From NCBI GenBank assembly GCA_018971685.1, contig JAGXAG010000004.1:2416-66415 (forward strand): a DNA stretch of 64,000 nucleotides, read 5' to 3'. The stretch is from Patescibacteria group bacterium (GTDB lineage: Bacteria > Patescibacteriota > Minisyncoccia > Phycocordibacterales > PALSA-1337). Within the stretch, counting starts at the first letter, position 1. The number at the start of each line of letters is the position of its first letter. The position numbers and the translations under genes are program-made. A model generated the notes under the pieces. The model saw only the letters and a program-made list of their open reading frames with translations. It did no database searches and was not told where the DNA came from. Shown one piece after another: positions 48,003 to 57,319 of the stretch.

Positions 48003-48866
48003 TCAGTCAATCTCGTAAGTGATCGTCACATTGCTTGTCACTTTCTGTTCGCCCGTCGGCACTTCAGGCACGGGCGCGGCCGATGTTTCCATCGCTGCCG
48101 CTTTTATGCCGCCGCCAAGGCCGTAGATCGGCATCGGACCGCTTGATTCATAGAAACCGGTGATGCGCCCCAGCGACACGCCCAATTGTTTCGCCAGCGT
48201 AGCCGCCTTGTCTTTGGCATCGCTTATCGCTTTCGCGCGAGCTTCAGCTTTCACCGTTTCCGGCTGGTCAACCGAGAAAGCCAGACTGTCAACATTTTGC
48301 ACACCCAGCGATCCGATCGAAGTGAATATCGAACCCGCTTTGCTCAAATCGCGCACTTTGACTTGGATTGTCTGGCTCACTTCATAGCCCGTCAAGACTG
48401 ATTTGCCGGGCGGGCAATATCTTATTGCGGTTACTGGCACAGATACGGTAGCAACACCGGCTCCCGAAACCATCGGCGGTACCGGAGCGGAAGCGTTTTC
48501 CGTTGTGCAGACCGCATTTTGGTATTCATAGTGGGGGTTGATGTTGTATGACAATGTCGAAATATCTTTGTCGGAAACGCCGGCATCGCGTACGGCTTTC
48601 AAGGCATCGTTTATTTTCGCAGTCGCGGCGGCTTGTGCGTCCGCTACGGTTTTGGCCGTTTCCGAAACTGTGAACGAGAATGTCGCGACATCCGGCACCG
48701 AAAGCGCATCGCCGGTGCCATTTATCGTTATCGTGTTCACGGCCGGCACATCTTTGCCGACGAAACCGATCGACTTTAATTCTTTTACAGACATCACTGC
48801 CAGGAATATGACAAGCAATATTCCCACAAACATGCCCGTTTTCCACACTTTTTCGTGAGTATTCAT
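48003..48866 (-). CDS. SIMPL-domain (DUF541, Omp28-like) periplasmic protein
   Basis: Signal/TM anchor, then TITINGTGDALSVPDVATFSFTVSE…LTGYEVSQTIQVKVRDLSKAGSIFTSIGSLGVQNVDSLAFSVDQPETVKAEARAKAISDAKDKA, typical of SIMPL. Confidence 0.7.
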   Translation of the reverse strand: MNTHEKVWKTGMFVGILLVIFLAVMSVKELKSIGFVGKDVPAVNTITINGTGDALSVPDVATFSFTVSETAKTVADAQAAATAKINDALKAVRDAGVSDKDISTLSYNINPHYEYQNAVCTTENASAPVPPMVSGAGVATVSVPVTAIRYCPPGKSVLTGYEVSQTIQVKVRDLSKAGSIFTSIGSLGVQNVDSLAFSVDQPETVKAEARAKAISDAKDKAATLAKQLGVSLGRITGFYESSGPMPIYGLGGGIKAAAMETSAAPVPEVPTGEQKVTSNVTITYEID

Positions 48867-48935
48867 TGTTTTTATATTTTTAAATAGTGTTTAGTAATAA
48901 ATACAAATATACGAATGATATTTCTATTAAAAATA

Positions 48936-49793
48936 TCACAAATCCAATAAATTTTCAAAAAGCGCCAACACCGTCATCGGTCCCACTCCTCCGGGCACCG
49001 GCGTGATCGCCGCAATAACATCTTTCACCGCGTCAAAGTCAACATCTCCCACTAACTTTCCATCTGCGGTTTTCGAAATACCGACATCGATGATCACTTG
49101 GCCTCTTCTCACATGCTCTTTGCCTACCAATCCCGGCTTGCCCGCAGCGGAAATGATAATATCCGCGGTTTTCGTCTCGTCCGCAAGATCGGCCGTTTTG
49201 CTGTGGCATATCGTCACCGTTGCGCCTTCATTCAGGCACATCGCCGCCACCGGCTTGCCGACCAGCATCGATCGCCCTATTACGACCACTTTCTTGCCGA
49301 AGAGTTTCATCCCATAATGCGCCATGATCTCGCTCACGCCGCGCGCAGTCGCTGGAAATATCGCGTCTTTTTCGCCGCCAAGCCATCTTCTTATGTTTGC
49401 GGCCGTCAATCCGTCCGCGTCTTTCTTGGGGTCGATTGCGTCGATAACCGCATCTTTATCTATATGTGCCGGCAGGGGCAGCTGTACGATTATTCCTTGA
49501 ATGTCATGCTCGGCATTACATTCGCGAACAATGCCGATCAGATCGGTCTCAGAAATATTTTCATCCGCTTGCATATGCTTCACCGCCGCCCCGATCCTTT
49601 CCGCAAACGCCTTTTTGGCACGGACATACGAGTCGGAATCGGCGCGCGCGCCGACTTGAATAATGGCCAAGGTCGGAACATTTCCGGAAACACTCGAAAA
49701 TGCCTTCACTTTCTCTACAAGTTGCGGCATGAACGCCTCGCGCGCCTTCCGTCCGTCCAAGATGATGGATTGCATTTTAACAACAAACAACAT
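48936..49793 (-). CDS. folD: bifunctional 5,10-methylene-THF dehydrogenase / methenyl-THF cyclohydrolase
   Basis: …AIIQVGARADSDSYVRAKKAF…DIQGIIVQLPLP…DPKKDADGL…VVVIGRSMLVGKPVAAM…TPVPGGVGPMT. Confidence 0.9.
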   Translation of the reverse strand: MLFVVKMQSIILDGRKAREAFMPQLVEKVKAFSSVSGNVPTLAIIQVGARADSDSYVRAKKAFAERIGAAVKHMQADENISETDLIGIVRECNAEHDIQGIIVQLPLPAHIDKDAVIDAIDPKKDADGLTAANIRRWLGGEKDAIFPATARGVSEIMAHYGMKLFGKKVVVIGRSMLVGKPVAAMCLNEGATVTICHSKTADLADETKTADIIISAAGKPGLVGKEHVRRGQVIIDVGISKTADGKLVGDVDFDAVKDVIAAITPVPGGVGPMTVLALFENLLDL

Positions 49794-49830
49794 AACACAT
49801 TTTATTGACTTTTAGTATATAGAGAGTAGT

Positions 49831-50349
49831 GTGTTATCTCAGGAGTTACTTATGAAAAACGATATTATTGCGGTGTTCAAACATCATGTGCCGAGCCAGG
49901 ACAGGCCATTCGGTTTTTTCTCTTCACTGCACCCGATCGGTTCGGTATTCAGAGGCGCCTTTGAATTGAGAGAGGGCAAGGATTCAATCTGCGTGGGGTT
50001 CCTGTCACGAAACATGCCGATGCTGAGGCCGAGCCATGAGCTATCCCTGTATGCGGCGTCGGATAATGTCCACTCTCTGGCGGACGCTATCATCGAATGC
50101 GATCGTGACGGATTCGGCGTCGAACCGTGCGGTGACGACGCGTCGTGGCCTTTGTGGAAATGGCAACTCTTCGTAGCATGCCACGCAATAGTGCAGATAT
50201 GCATCCCCAGCATCTCGATGTTAGTTACAACATGTCCGCAAGAGGAGATTTACGGTTTCTCTTTCACTAGAGAACACGCGGAAGGGATCCGGAATGTGAC
50301 CATGCGTGATACCGGGGAACTGATTAAAAATTTCGGTCAATTTCTGTAA
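49831..50349 (+). CDS. hypothetical Cys-rich protein
   Basis: 172 aa, no recognised motif. Codon usage is plausible. Lies between folD and rlmI-like on the opposite strand. Confidence 0.3.
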   Translation: MLSQELLMKNDIIAVFKHHVPSQDRPFGFFSSLHPIGSVFRGAFELREGKDSICVGFLSRNMPMLRPSHELSLYAASDNVHSLADAIIECDRDGFGVEPCGDDASWPLWKWQLFVACHAIVQICIPSISMLVTTCPQEEIYGFSFTREHAEGIRNVTMRDTGELIKNFGQFL

Positions 50350-50411
50350 TTTCGGTGAGAAATCCGGCCTGCCGCGTTCATCCGCGGCATTTTCATTGCG
50401 GAGATTATCCG

Positions 50412-51302
50412 TCACTTTGCTTGCCACATGCCAAAAATACCGCAGGGCAATGTCCGAGAGTCAAGGCCGTTCATCTCCGACTCTTTGATCGCCAACTCCC
50501 CTTTTTTGACTTTTCCACCAAATCTCGCTATGAGCGGAAGCAGGACATTCTCGTAAGCGATCGCCGAATAACCGGCCGCATAGCCGTTTATCAGGAAAAA
50601 GAGCGGTTTTTCGGCAAGCAAAGAAAAACACGACTCCATAAGCGGTAGCAAATCTTCTTCGATTTTCCACAATTCCCCGTCCGGGCCGTGGCCGAATGCC
50701 GGCGGATCCATGATTATTCCGGCATACTTGCGTCCGCGCTTGATCTCCCTCTTCACGAATGTCCGCGCATCATCCAAAATCCATCTTACCGGCTTATCTT
50801 TCAAACCCGACAATTCCATGTTTTCTCTCGCCCAAGCGATGGCCGCTTTCGACCCGTCAACATGCACAACTTTCGCCCCCGCCCGCGCGCACGCCATGGT
50901 CGCGCCGCCGGTATAACCGAACAAATTGAGTATTTCAATGTCACCGCTATCCGCAGATTCTGGTACGGTCACATTCTCGGCAATAACATTCCGCAACCAT
51001 TCCCAATTCGCCGCCTGTTCCGGAAAAATCCCCGTGTGTTTGAAAGGCGTCGGTTTGATCCAGAATTTCATGCCCGCAAAATCGATCGGCCAGCGCGCGG
51101 GGACATTCTTGCCCAAAGACCAATCGCCCTTATTCTCATCACGGCTGAATACGCCGTCCGCTTTTCTCCATTCCTTGGCATCAAGCCTTTTGCGCCACAA
51201 CGATTGCGGATCCGGCCGCGATAGAACGACTTTCCCGTAACGCTCCAATTTCTCTCCTTCTCCGGAATCTAGAAGTTCATAGTTTTCTGACGATTCGGTC
51301 AT
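50412..51302 (-). CDS. class I SAM-dependent rRNA methyltransferase (RlmI/RlmK-like)
   Basis: …ILNLFGYTGGATMACARAGAKVVHVDGSKAAIAWAREN…ILDDARTF…AGIIMDPPAFGHG…. Confidence 0.75.
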   Translation of the reverse strand: MTESSENYELLDSGEGEKLERYGKVVLSRPDPQSLWRKRLDAKEWRKADGVFSRDENKGDWSLGKNVPARWPIDFAGMKFWIKPTPFKHTGIFPEQAANWEWLRNVIAENVTVPESADSGDIEILNLFGYTGGATMACARAGAKVVHVDGSKAAIAWARENMELSGLKDKPVRWILDDARTFVKREIKRGRKYAGIIMDPPAFGHGPDGELWKIEEDLLPLMESCFSLLAEKPLFFLINGYAAGYSAIAYENVLLPLIARFGGKVKKGELAIKESEMNGLDSRTLPCGIFGMWQAK

Positions 51303-51304
51303 AT

Positions 51305-51358
51305 AAAGTTTACGGTTTGCAATTTAAACTGATAACTTATCACCGTGGACTGTAAACT
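51305..51358. repeat. REP-like palindromic element, copy iii (aagtttacgg…gataacttatca…ccgtggactgtaaactt)
   Basis: Abuts the rlmI-like ATG. Its right half lies inside the last 12 codons of the VKOR gene (…TVHGDKLSV*). Confidence 0.5.
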
Positions 51359-51863
51359 TCTTTAGGATTTCCATCGCTGTGACAAAAAGCACCGTCGAAG
51401 TGATCGCTGATCCTATGCAATATACGCAATAGGAGTGAATAACAAACACTTGCAAATAGACAAACCACAATGATGCCGCCAGTCCAAAAACAGTGAACCA
51501 TAGGGCAAAGCGCATCATCCATTCATGCTTGCCCTCAAGATAAGCGAACGCACAAATAAGGATAGTGAGATAATACAATGCGCCCAAAAGCGAGACCGGT
51601 ATCCCCAAAAAAGTCGAGAACGGACTCGAGAGCACCGTTTCGCAGCCGCCGGTCAGGGAACATGGCGGTATCGCGCCCTGGAAATGTTCGATGGTCAAAT
51701 ACGATGCATCGACAAAGCCGGCAAGCGCGACAACGAGCAAGAAGACAACAGCGCTAACGGGCAGTCGACGAAGCGGCCGCGTCAATAATTGATTTAAATT
51801 GGTCATAACTGGATGGATTGGTGATCGCCTTGCCGTTAACGAAGAAGGTTGGCGTGGCGTCAA
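51324..51863 (-). CDS. vitamin K epoxide reductase (VKOR) family thiol-disulfide oxidoreductase
   Basis: CSLTGGCETV… and HSYCVYCIGSAI Cys pairs in TM helices. Likely start MTNLNQ (about 51806). Confidence 0.8.
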   Translation of the reverse strand: MTPRQPSSLTARRSPIHPVMTNLNQLLTRPLRRLPVSAVVFLLVVALAGFVDASYLTIEHFQGAIPPCSLTGGCETVLSSPFSTFLGIPVSLLGALYYLTILICAFAYLEGKHEWMMRFALWFTVFGLAASLWFVYLQVFVIHSYCVYCIGSAITSTVLFVTAMEILKKFTVHGDKLSV

Positions 51864-52404
51864 TGCCTATTTGTGTGCCTTCTTGCAAATCGGCGTTTAT
51901 CCTGTCGCGCAAAGTCGAACTGGCGAGATCCGTTTTGAATTGATCGACATTCAGGCCCAATTTGGTGGCGTAACCGACAAATACGCTCGTCGGATCGGAC
52001 AAATCAACCCAATCTGCATGGTTGGTAAACAAGAGATCGTACATGTCCCAAAATTTACCTTGCGCGGCGGCGGCCTCCGAAGCCATTGCCGCCGGAACAG
52101 CGTTGGTGTGTTGCGGCAATGGGAAATGACGATACACAAATTGTATTTTGCCGGCTTCATCGGACAACAGTTGCGTTACCACCGGATAATATTGCTCACA
52201 CGCGGGGCATTCAAAGTCGCTGTACTCGATGAGCGTAACCGGAGCATTCGACGGACCTTTGACATGGTCAGTGGCTGATATCGGTGCCGGCGCAGTTACA
52301 GTCGCGGTCGGCAACGGTTTTTTCATGGCTATCGCCAAACCCCAAATTATCAATCCGATAATGAGAACGAATATCGTCCAGAACAAAATCCGTTTTGTGT
52401 TCAT
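51754..52404 (-). CDS. DsbA-family thioredoxin-fold thiol:disulfide oxidoreductase
   Basis: N-terminal anchor, then SNAPVTLIEYSDFECPACEQYYPVV (CPAC active site). The 3' end overlaps the VKOR 5' end. Confidence 0.75.
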   Translation of the reverse strand: MNTKRILFWTIFVLIIGLIIWGLAIAMKKPLPTATVTAPAPISATDHVKGPSNAPVTLIEYSDFECPACEQYYPVVTQLLSDEAGKIQFVYRHFPLPQHTNAVPAAMASEAAAAQGKFWDMYDLLFTNHADWVDLSDPTSVFVGYATKLGLNVDQFKTDLASSTLRDRINADLQEGTQIGIDATPTFFVNGKAITNPSSYDQFKSIIDAAASSTAR

Positions 52405-52487
52405 AGGATTCGATTATTGCAAATCCCCGCCTCAAACGCAAGTAATAGTGGAATACTGCTGTGTTATTTGCGTTTTGGGCGTGGATT

Positions 52488-53105
52488 TTAAATCGTGTGC
52501 GCCAGCCAAACAATACCGTAGATCGCGAACAAATTCATGGTAAAGGAAATCGGCATCAAGACCGCCACGCGCGTTTTCGACAAGCCCATGAGCGCAAGCC
52601 CCATCTCGTCCGGCAAAGGTGAGAATATGATGACGGCGCCTGCGAGCGGGGCCAGCCATTTCATAAATCCCAAATGAAATGAAGATAAAATATGCTTCTT
52701 TACCGACGGTTTGACCGAAGCCGCAAGGTCGTCAACGAAACGATCGCGGATAAAGTAAAAGAGTATAAGATCGCCGCACATCGCGCCCAATGCGCCCCAA
52801 AGCGCGATCGTCCAAGGATCGGCCAAAAACGCGATCCTCGATAGGGCCACCGACGCCGGAGCAATCGTAAACGCCGAGGTGAAAAATACGCCCGAAACAA
52901 AACTGGCTATCACCGTACCGCCAAAAAGCTTGATCAGACCATCAATCACTCCCATCCACGAGAATAAAAGCGCGATCATGGCGCCGACAAACATAAAAAA
53001 AATATCTTTCGCCAATTCTTGTTGCGCTTTTTCCTTTCTCAAAATTTTCATGGAAACATTATAACATTTTCCGCCGCACCCGTTCTCGTTTGGCGACAGT
53101 AACAA
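52488..53105 (-). CDS. hypothetical membrane protein (possibly DedA/VTT-like)
   Basis: 205 aa, about 5 TM helices. Weak resemblance to DedA (…GDLILFYFIRDRF…). Confidence 0.4.
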   Translation of the reverse strand: MLLSPNENGCGGKCYNVSMKILRKEKAQQELAKDIFFMFVGAMIALLFSWMGVIDGLIKLFGGTVIASFVSGVFFTSAFTIAPASVALSRIAFLADPWTIALWGALGAMCGDLILFYFIRDRFVDDLAASVKPSVKKHILSSFHLGFMKWLAPLAGAVIIFSPLPDEMGLALMGLSKTRVAVLMPISFTMNLFAIYGIVWLAHTI

Positions 53106-53589
53106 TAACTGCGACAGTTTGGAAAATCAGTCGCATTTCCATATCGGCGGGTGCTTGCCCGGACCGTACGGCAACGGTCAGACGCCGCTCATCAGAGACA
53201 ACGGCGAACCGGTGGTTGCGGGGATAGCGTCTTCGATAAACAGTAATTAGATACTCTATTCTACACCTCACTTATCACCTCAAATCCGCTGAAGCTTCCT
53301 GTAATAGCCAGTCCAATGATTGTCTTCGCCAATCCTTGCTTCTTTGAACGAGATGATCTCAAACAGAAAATTGAGCGTATGCAAGCCCGACTACGGGAGA
53401 CGGAGAACCGCGCACAGAAATGGTTAGAACTAACCGAGGAAACTTTCAGCGTGGCTGCGGTTTTAGCAGAAAAATAAGAAACTCCAACTTTCGATTGATC
53501 AACCATAATTTATTGAATGTAATTCAACTCCATATCCATTTGCGCTTTGATCTGCAGTGCCCGATCTATAAGGTGATCGCCGATTTCTG

Positions 53590-53844
53590 TTGGTGGAGAG
53601 TATGGAAGCGGTAGCTACAGCCAGCTTCCTACAATCCCAAGACAAAGCTCCGTATATCCGCCTTGCCATACGAAAAATTGATACCTTGCGCGTCCTCCTC
53701 ATGGTCCTCTGGGAAACGAAGTCACTAGATGACAAGAAATACATCGCTCTTTCTACAAAGATAGACGAAGTTGGGAGGATGCTCGGCGGATGGATTGGCA
53801 AGCTCTCTACGCAAAACTCTCCCGTAAAGACGGGAGAGAAATGA
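53590..53844 (+). CDS. four-helix-bundle protein (23S rRNA intervening-sequence protein family, TIGR02436-like), possibly truncated/degenerate
   Basis: …APYIRLAIRKIDTLRVLLMVLWETKSLDDKKYIALSTKIDEVGRMLGGWIGKL matches the C-terminal two helices of the family. The in-frame upstream sequence (RFDLQCPIYKVIADF from a TTG at about 53527) matches helix 1. The conserved middle segment (…SQIRRAAxSIPxNIAEG…) is missing. Confidence 0.45.
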   Translation: MVESMEAVATASFLQSQDKAPYIRLAIRKIDTLRVLLMVLWETKSLDDKKYIALSTKIDEVGRMLGGWIGKLSTQNSPVKTGEK

Positions 53845-53846
53845 AG

Positions 53847-53990
53847 TGAGTTGCGGAAGACAAACCAGTCGTTGGTGTTGTCGAAGTTCTCGACCCAATT
53901 GAGGTTCGCCTTGCGCTTCGAGTCATTCCACCAGACATAGCACGCGTTGCGGTTGCCCTCGAAGGAATTGTACAGGATGCCATCCGTGCC
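53847..53990 (-). pseudogene. partial duplicate (about 80% identity) of the 3' end of gene 54337..54960
   Basis: 53847-53990 aligns with 54337-54480 (ttgcggaagacaaaccagtcg(t/c)tggtg…ccaccagacatagcacgcg…ccctcgaagga…). No intact ORF. Confidence 0.4.
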
Positions 53991-54336
53991 ACTGCCCCTC
54001 GAATACTCTCAAGGCTGTATCGCATTCGGCATCTATAATGCCCTAGCATCTCGTACCAAGTAGCTTCATTTTTGTGAAGTGTCTGCATACACCACTCTAC
54101 CTGAAACCGTAATCGCAGGTACTCTCGATGTATGGATACTGGCTTCGGTAGCAGGAAACCGTAATCTCCCGCGTATTCACCTATCGCCACATCGAATTTT
54201 ATCACATATACAAAAGTTTAACCCCCGCACACATCGCTGTATGCAGGGGCTGAATGTTTTAGGCTCGTCATTCTTATCCAAAGTTTCGGACAAAGGGCAA
54301 AAGTTCCAAAAGGACCGAGTGCCAGAGTCCCGAGAG

Positions 54337-54960
54337 CTACTTGCGGAAGACAAACCAGTCGCTGGTGAGGCCGAAGCCCTCGACCCAATCGAGGCTCGCC
54401 CTGCGCTTCGAGGCACGCCACCAGACATAGCACGCGTCGCGGCGGCCCTCGAAGGAACAGTCCGTCGTAGCCACAGCATACATCGGATTTTGTCCGAGTT
54501 GTTCGGGGAGCCTCGGGTGCTGTTCACCGATAGCGAAGGCTTCGCGCGGATGAGTCCGCTTGAGGCCTTTAGTTTCCGCCCATGCAATAGCCTTGTCCCA
54601 GTTGCCGTCGCCGTTCGGGAAGTTCAGGAGGATGAGTTTCTCCTTGACTTTGCCCTTACCGACAGGAGCATATTGGTCCCCCACCTTGCGGACATTGTAA
54701 TCGTTGGGGGTATTGGGACCAGCGGCGTTCACAGCGGCCTGCCACTCGCGGTCCTGTTTCACTTCGACTTCAAGGATATGGACGCGAGCACCTTTCGGCG
54801 CTTCGATGTCCGTGAGTTCAACCTTGAGCGAGTCGAGGAAACGGCCGAATGAGCCATCGTCGAGGGCTTGCTGGAAGCGAGCGCGGCCTACTTGCTTCTC
54901 ATTGGCGATTTTGCGGCCGCATTCCATCTGACTGACAGTTACGGGCATGTATTTGCTCAT
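54337..54960 (-). CDS. hypothetical protein
   Basis: 207 aa, GC-rich coding, no recognised motif. Its 3' end has a decayed copy 350 nt downstream. Confidence 0.45.
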   Translation of the reverse strand: MSKYMPVTVSQMECGRKIANEKQVGRARFQQALDDGSFGRFLDSLKVELTDIEAPKGARVHILEVEVKQDREWQAAVNAAGPNTPNDYNVRKVGDQYAPVGKGKVKEKLILLNFPNGDGNWDKAIAWAETKGLKRTHPREAFAIGEQHPRLPEQLGQNPMYAVATTDCSFEGRRDACYVWWRASKRRASLDWVEGFGLTSDWFVFRK

Positions 54961-55044
54961 AACCTTCCTTTCACTGCTTCTCCGATGCCTTTCGCATGCT
55001 CCGGCAGAAAGCCGTGCAGTTCAATGTTCATGATTTAGTCCTTT

Positions 55045-55665
55045 CTACTGATGCTGTTGCACGTTTGTATTTCCGAAGTTTGCGAGCCGAAACTCATCGA
55101 TCGTCATCGGCTTCGCCCAATTGCTCACCACGAGGTCCATCGTCTGACGCCGAGATTCCTCACCGCCATCATAGGTGTCGGTGGCATCGAGCAAAATCCT
55201 GACATCGTAACCTTTGAACCGAATGGCCTGCGCCGTGCAGAGCACGCAGCAGTCGAGCGTCAAGCCAAAGAGCACGACTGTGTCGTCCGGCTTAACGAAC
55301 GATGCGAGCCAGTCATAGAAGAGCTCCGGAAACGCTCGAGGCAGGCCTGGCGGCTTATCGGCGACGCCGATGTTGTCGCGGGTGAAGAAGGGCGAATTCA
55401 TGCATTTAACCCAGCGTGATCCGACAAGGACATCGGGAATCTCCGAGGTGTAACCCCAGGTCCCCGGATTGCATGAATCGTCCAAATCCCCCGGTCGAGG
55501 CTGGCGGTAGTCGGAAATTATCTCTCCGATATCCACCTCCGCGTGCAGAAGAATCGGGATGACGTTGAGCTTGATAGTCTCGAGACATGTCCGGCTTGAC
55601 TTGAAGTGCTTGCCTTCCGGCCGGGTGAAGTCGTACTGCAAATCTACAGCAATGACTTTGACCAT
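55045..55665 (-). CDS. isochorismatase-family cysteine hydrolase
   Basis: MVKVIAVDLQYDF… (D of the triad) and …VVLFGLTLDCCVLCTAQ (nucleophile Cys), the canonical isochorismatase/nicotinamidase fold motifs. Confidence 0.7.
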   Translation of the reverse strand: MVKVIAVDLQYDFTRPEGKHFKSSRTCLETIKLNVIPILLHAEVDIGEIISDYRQPRPGDLDDSCNPGTWGYTSEIPDVLVGSRWVKCMNSPFFTRDNIGVADKPPGLPRAFPELFYDWLASFVKPDDTVVLFGLTLDCCVLCTAQAIRFKGYDVRILLDATDTYDGGEESRRQTMDLVVSNWAKPMTIDEFRLANFGNTNVQQHQ

Positions 55666-55767
55666 AATTGATCCTTTGGTTGATTGTTATTGTGCTTTGA
55701 AAACCAGGGCCACCCTAGCATTTCTGCTTGCAAAAGTCAAGAAACTATGGCAATATAATTTCAGGTT

Positions 55768-56523
55768 TTGAAAGGAGATATTATGAGCTTTTTTAACAAC
55801 TTTCATCTTCTGGCAAAGCCTTACCAAGGTACTGACCAGAAGCCTGACAAGCACTACTCGATTTTACCGACCGTACTAAAGCTAGTCGGCGATCCGAGAG
55901 GCAAAGCAGTACTCGACGTAGCGTGTGGAAGCGGGTTCTTTAGCTTCCCTATCGCTGCAATGGGTGCCACGCGAGTCATTGGCATCGATAACTCCGAGCA
56001 GCAACTTGAAATCGCCAGGTGTAACTCCGTTGCTAATACAGAGTTCCATCTGTGTGACATCTTCGACGGTGAACTGCCGTCCGCAGATATTGCCGTGATT
56101 CCGTTCGCGGCGAATTACTCGAAGGACTTGCGGATGTTGGCAGAGTTGTTCGCACGACTCTTTCGCTGTCTGAACCAAGATGGCCATGCAGTCTTCGTCA
56201 TGGATCTGCCTGGCGAACGAGGTGGCTTGCCATACAAACGCATGAGAAGTTTCGGTGCAGTCAAATGGTGGGCACAAGGACCATATGACGGCGCGATGTT
56301 CTGCAACCACCTATTCGATGGTCGAGGAAAGGAAATCTGCTCACTCTGGGCATATTACTACTCGCCCCTCACTATCCAGTTCGCTTTACAGGATGCTGGC
56401 TTCCGAGACATCCGCTGGCATAAGCCTGTTGTGTCTGATGAAGGTCTCAGGACCCTGGGCCAAGAGTTCTGGCAAGGATACCAGGACAATTGCGAGCTCG
56501 GGTATATCACGGCGGAAAAATGA
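55768..56523 (+). CDS. class I SAM-dependent methyltransferase
   Basis: Motif I VLDVACGSGFFSFPIAAMGATRVIGIDNSEQQLEIAR. Substrate unknown. Confidence 0.75.
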   Translation: MKGDIMSFFNNFHLLAKPYQGTDQKPDKHYSILPTVLKLVGDPRGKAVLDVACGSGFFSFPIAAMGATRVIGIDNSEQQLEIARCNSVANTEFHLCDIFDGELPSADIAVIPFAANYSKDLRMLAELFARLFRCLNQDGHAVFVMDLPGERGGLPYKRMRSFGAVKWWAQGPYDGAMFCNHLFDGRGKEICSLWAYYYSPLTIQFALQDAGFRDIRWHKPVVSDEGLRTLGQEFWQGYQDNCELGYITAEK

Positions 56524-56569
56524 TCCACAATAATTCACACAAACGGTGACGCGCAAGCGCCGCCGTTTT

Positions 56570-57208
56570 TTATTTCCAACCAATCATCTCTTGGACAACC
56601 GGCCTAATAGCGTTGAACATGAGCTCATGACCTTTATCGTTCGGATGCAAACCATCATCCTGTATAAATAATTTCTCGTGACCCGTCTCTATAAAGAGTG
56701 AGTATGCGTCAACAAATCTCAATCCGAATTGATCTGCCAACTGCTTCAACACTTGATTGTATTCCTCCATGTATTTATTCGATCTAGTCTTACCATTTCT
56801 GTCTCGATTCATTACTTCGATCACTGGAAGAATGTTTACTATCAAAATATTCTTCGAAATATCTAATGCTTTTTTGATGACAGTCTCGAGATTGGTCCAG
56901 AAGTCCTCCTTTGAGACTCTGAATTTGTTTTGAGCCGCAAGGAAGGCGGCGTCATTGGCACCAAAAGCAAAGATAAATACGGCTTCTTCGCCTTCCCGTT
57001 CGCGTGCGTTGGTTTCATTCTCAAATCTTTTGACCAGACCATCAGTCGTCTCACCGGGAATGCCTAGATTGTAAAACAGCCCGTAATAATTCGGATTCTT
57101 CTCTTGGATATCGTCCAGATAAGCTCGCAACCGCGTTGCCCATCCTGAATTTTTGATATCCCAAGCACCGTAGGTGATACTATCGCCGAATGCATATATT
57201 ACTGCCAT
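56570..57208 (-). CDS. SGNH/GDSL-family hydrolase
   Basis: MAVIYAFGDSITYG (block I GDS), GAND (block III), and C-terminal DGLHPN (catalytic D/H). Confidence 0.75.
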   Translation of the reverse strand: MAVIYAFGDSITYGAWDIKNSGWATRLRAYLDDIQEKNPNYYGLFYNLGIPGETTDGLVKRFENETNAREREGEEAVFIFAFGANDAAFLAAQNKFRVSKEDFWTNLETVIKKALDISKNILIVNILPVIEVMNRDRNGKTRSNKYMEEYNQVLKQLADQFGLRFVDAYSLFIETGHEKLFIQDDGLHPNDKGHELMFNAIRPVVQEMIGWK

Positions 57209-57319
57209 AATTCTTTGATTATACGATAATTTGCGCGATTATGCAGCGAAAAATTAACGACAAAAATGACTCCGCGGTTAGACGGAGTCAGTGTGGTGAC
57301 ATTTAAACAACGGGTAGCT

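Noticed and set aside
15121-51358. Considered that the dispersed repeats form a CRISPR array
   Set aside because: Copies are tens of kb apart, in mixed orientation, not regularly spaced by unique spacers, and no cas genes are present.
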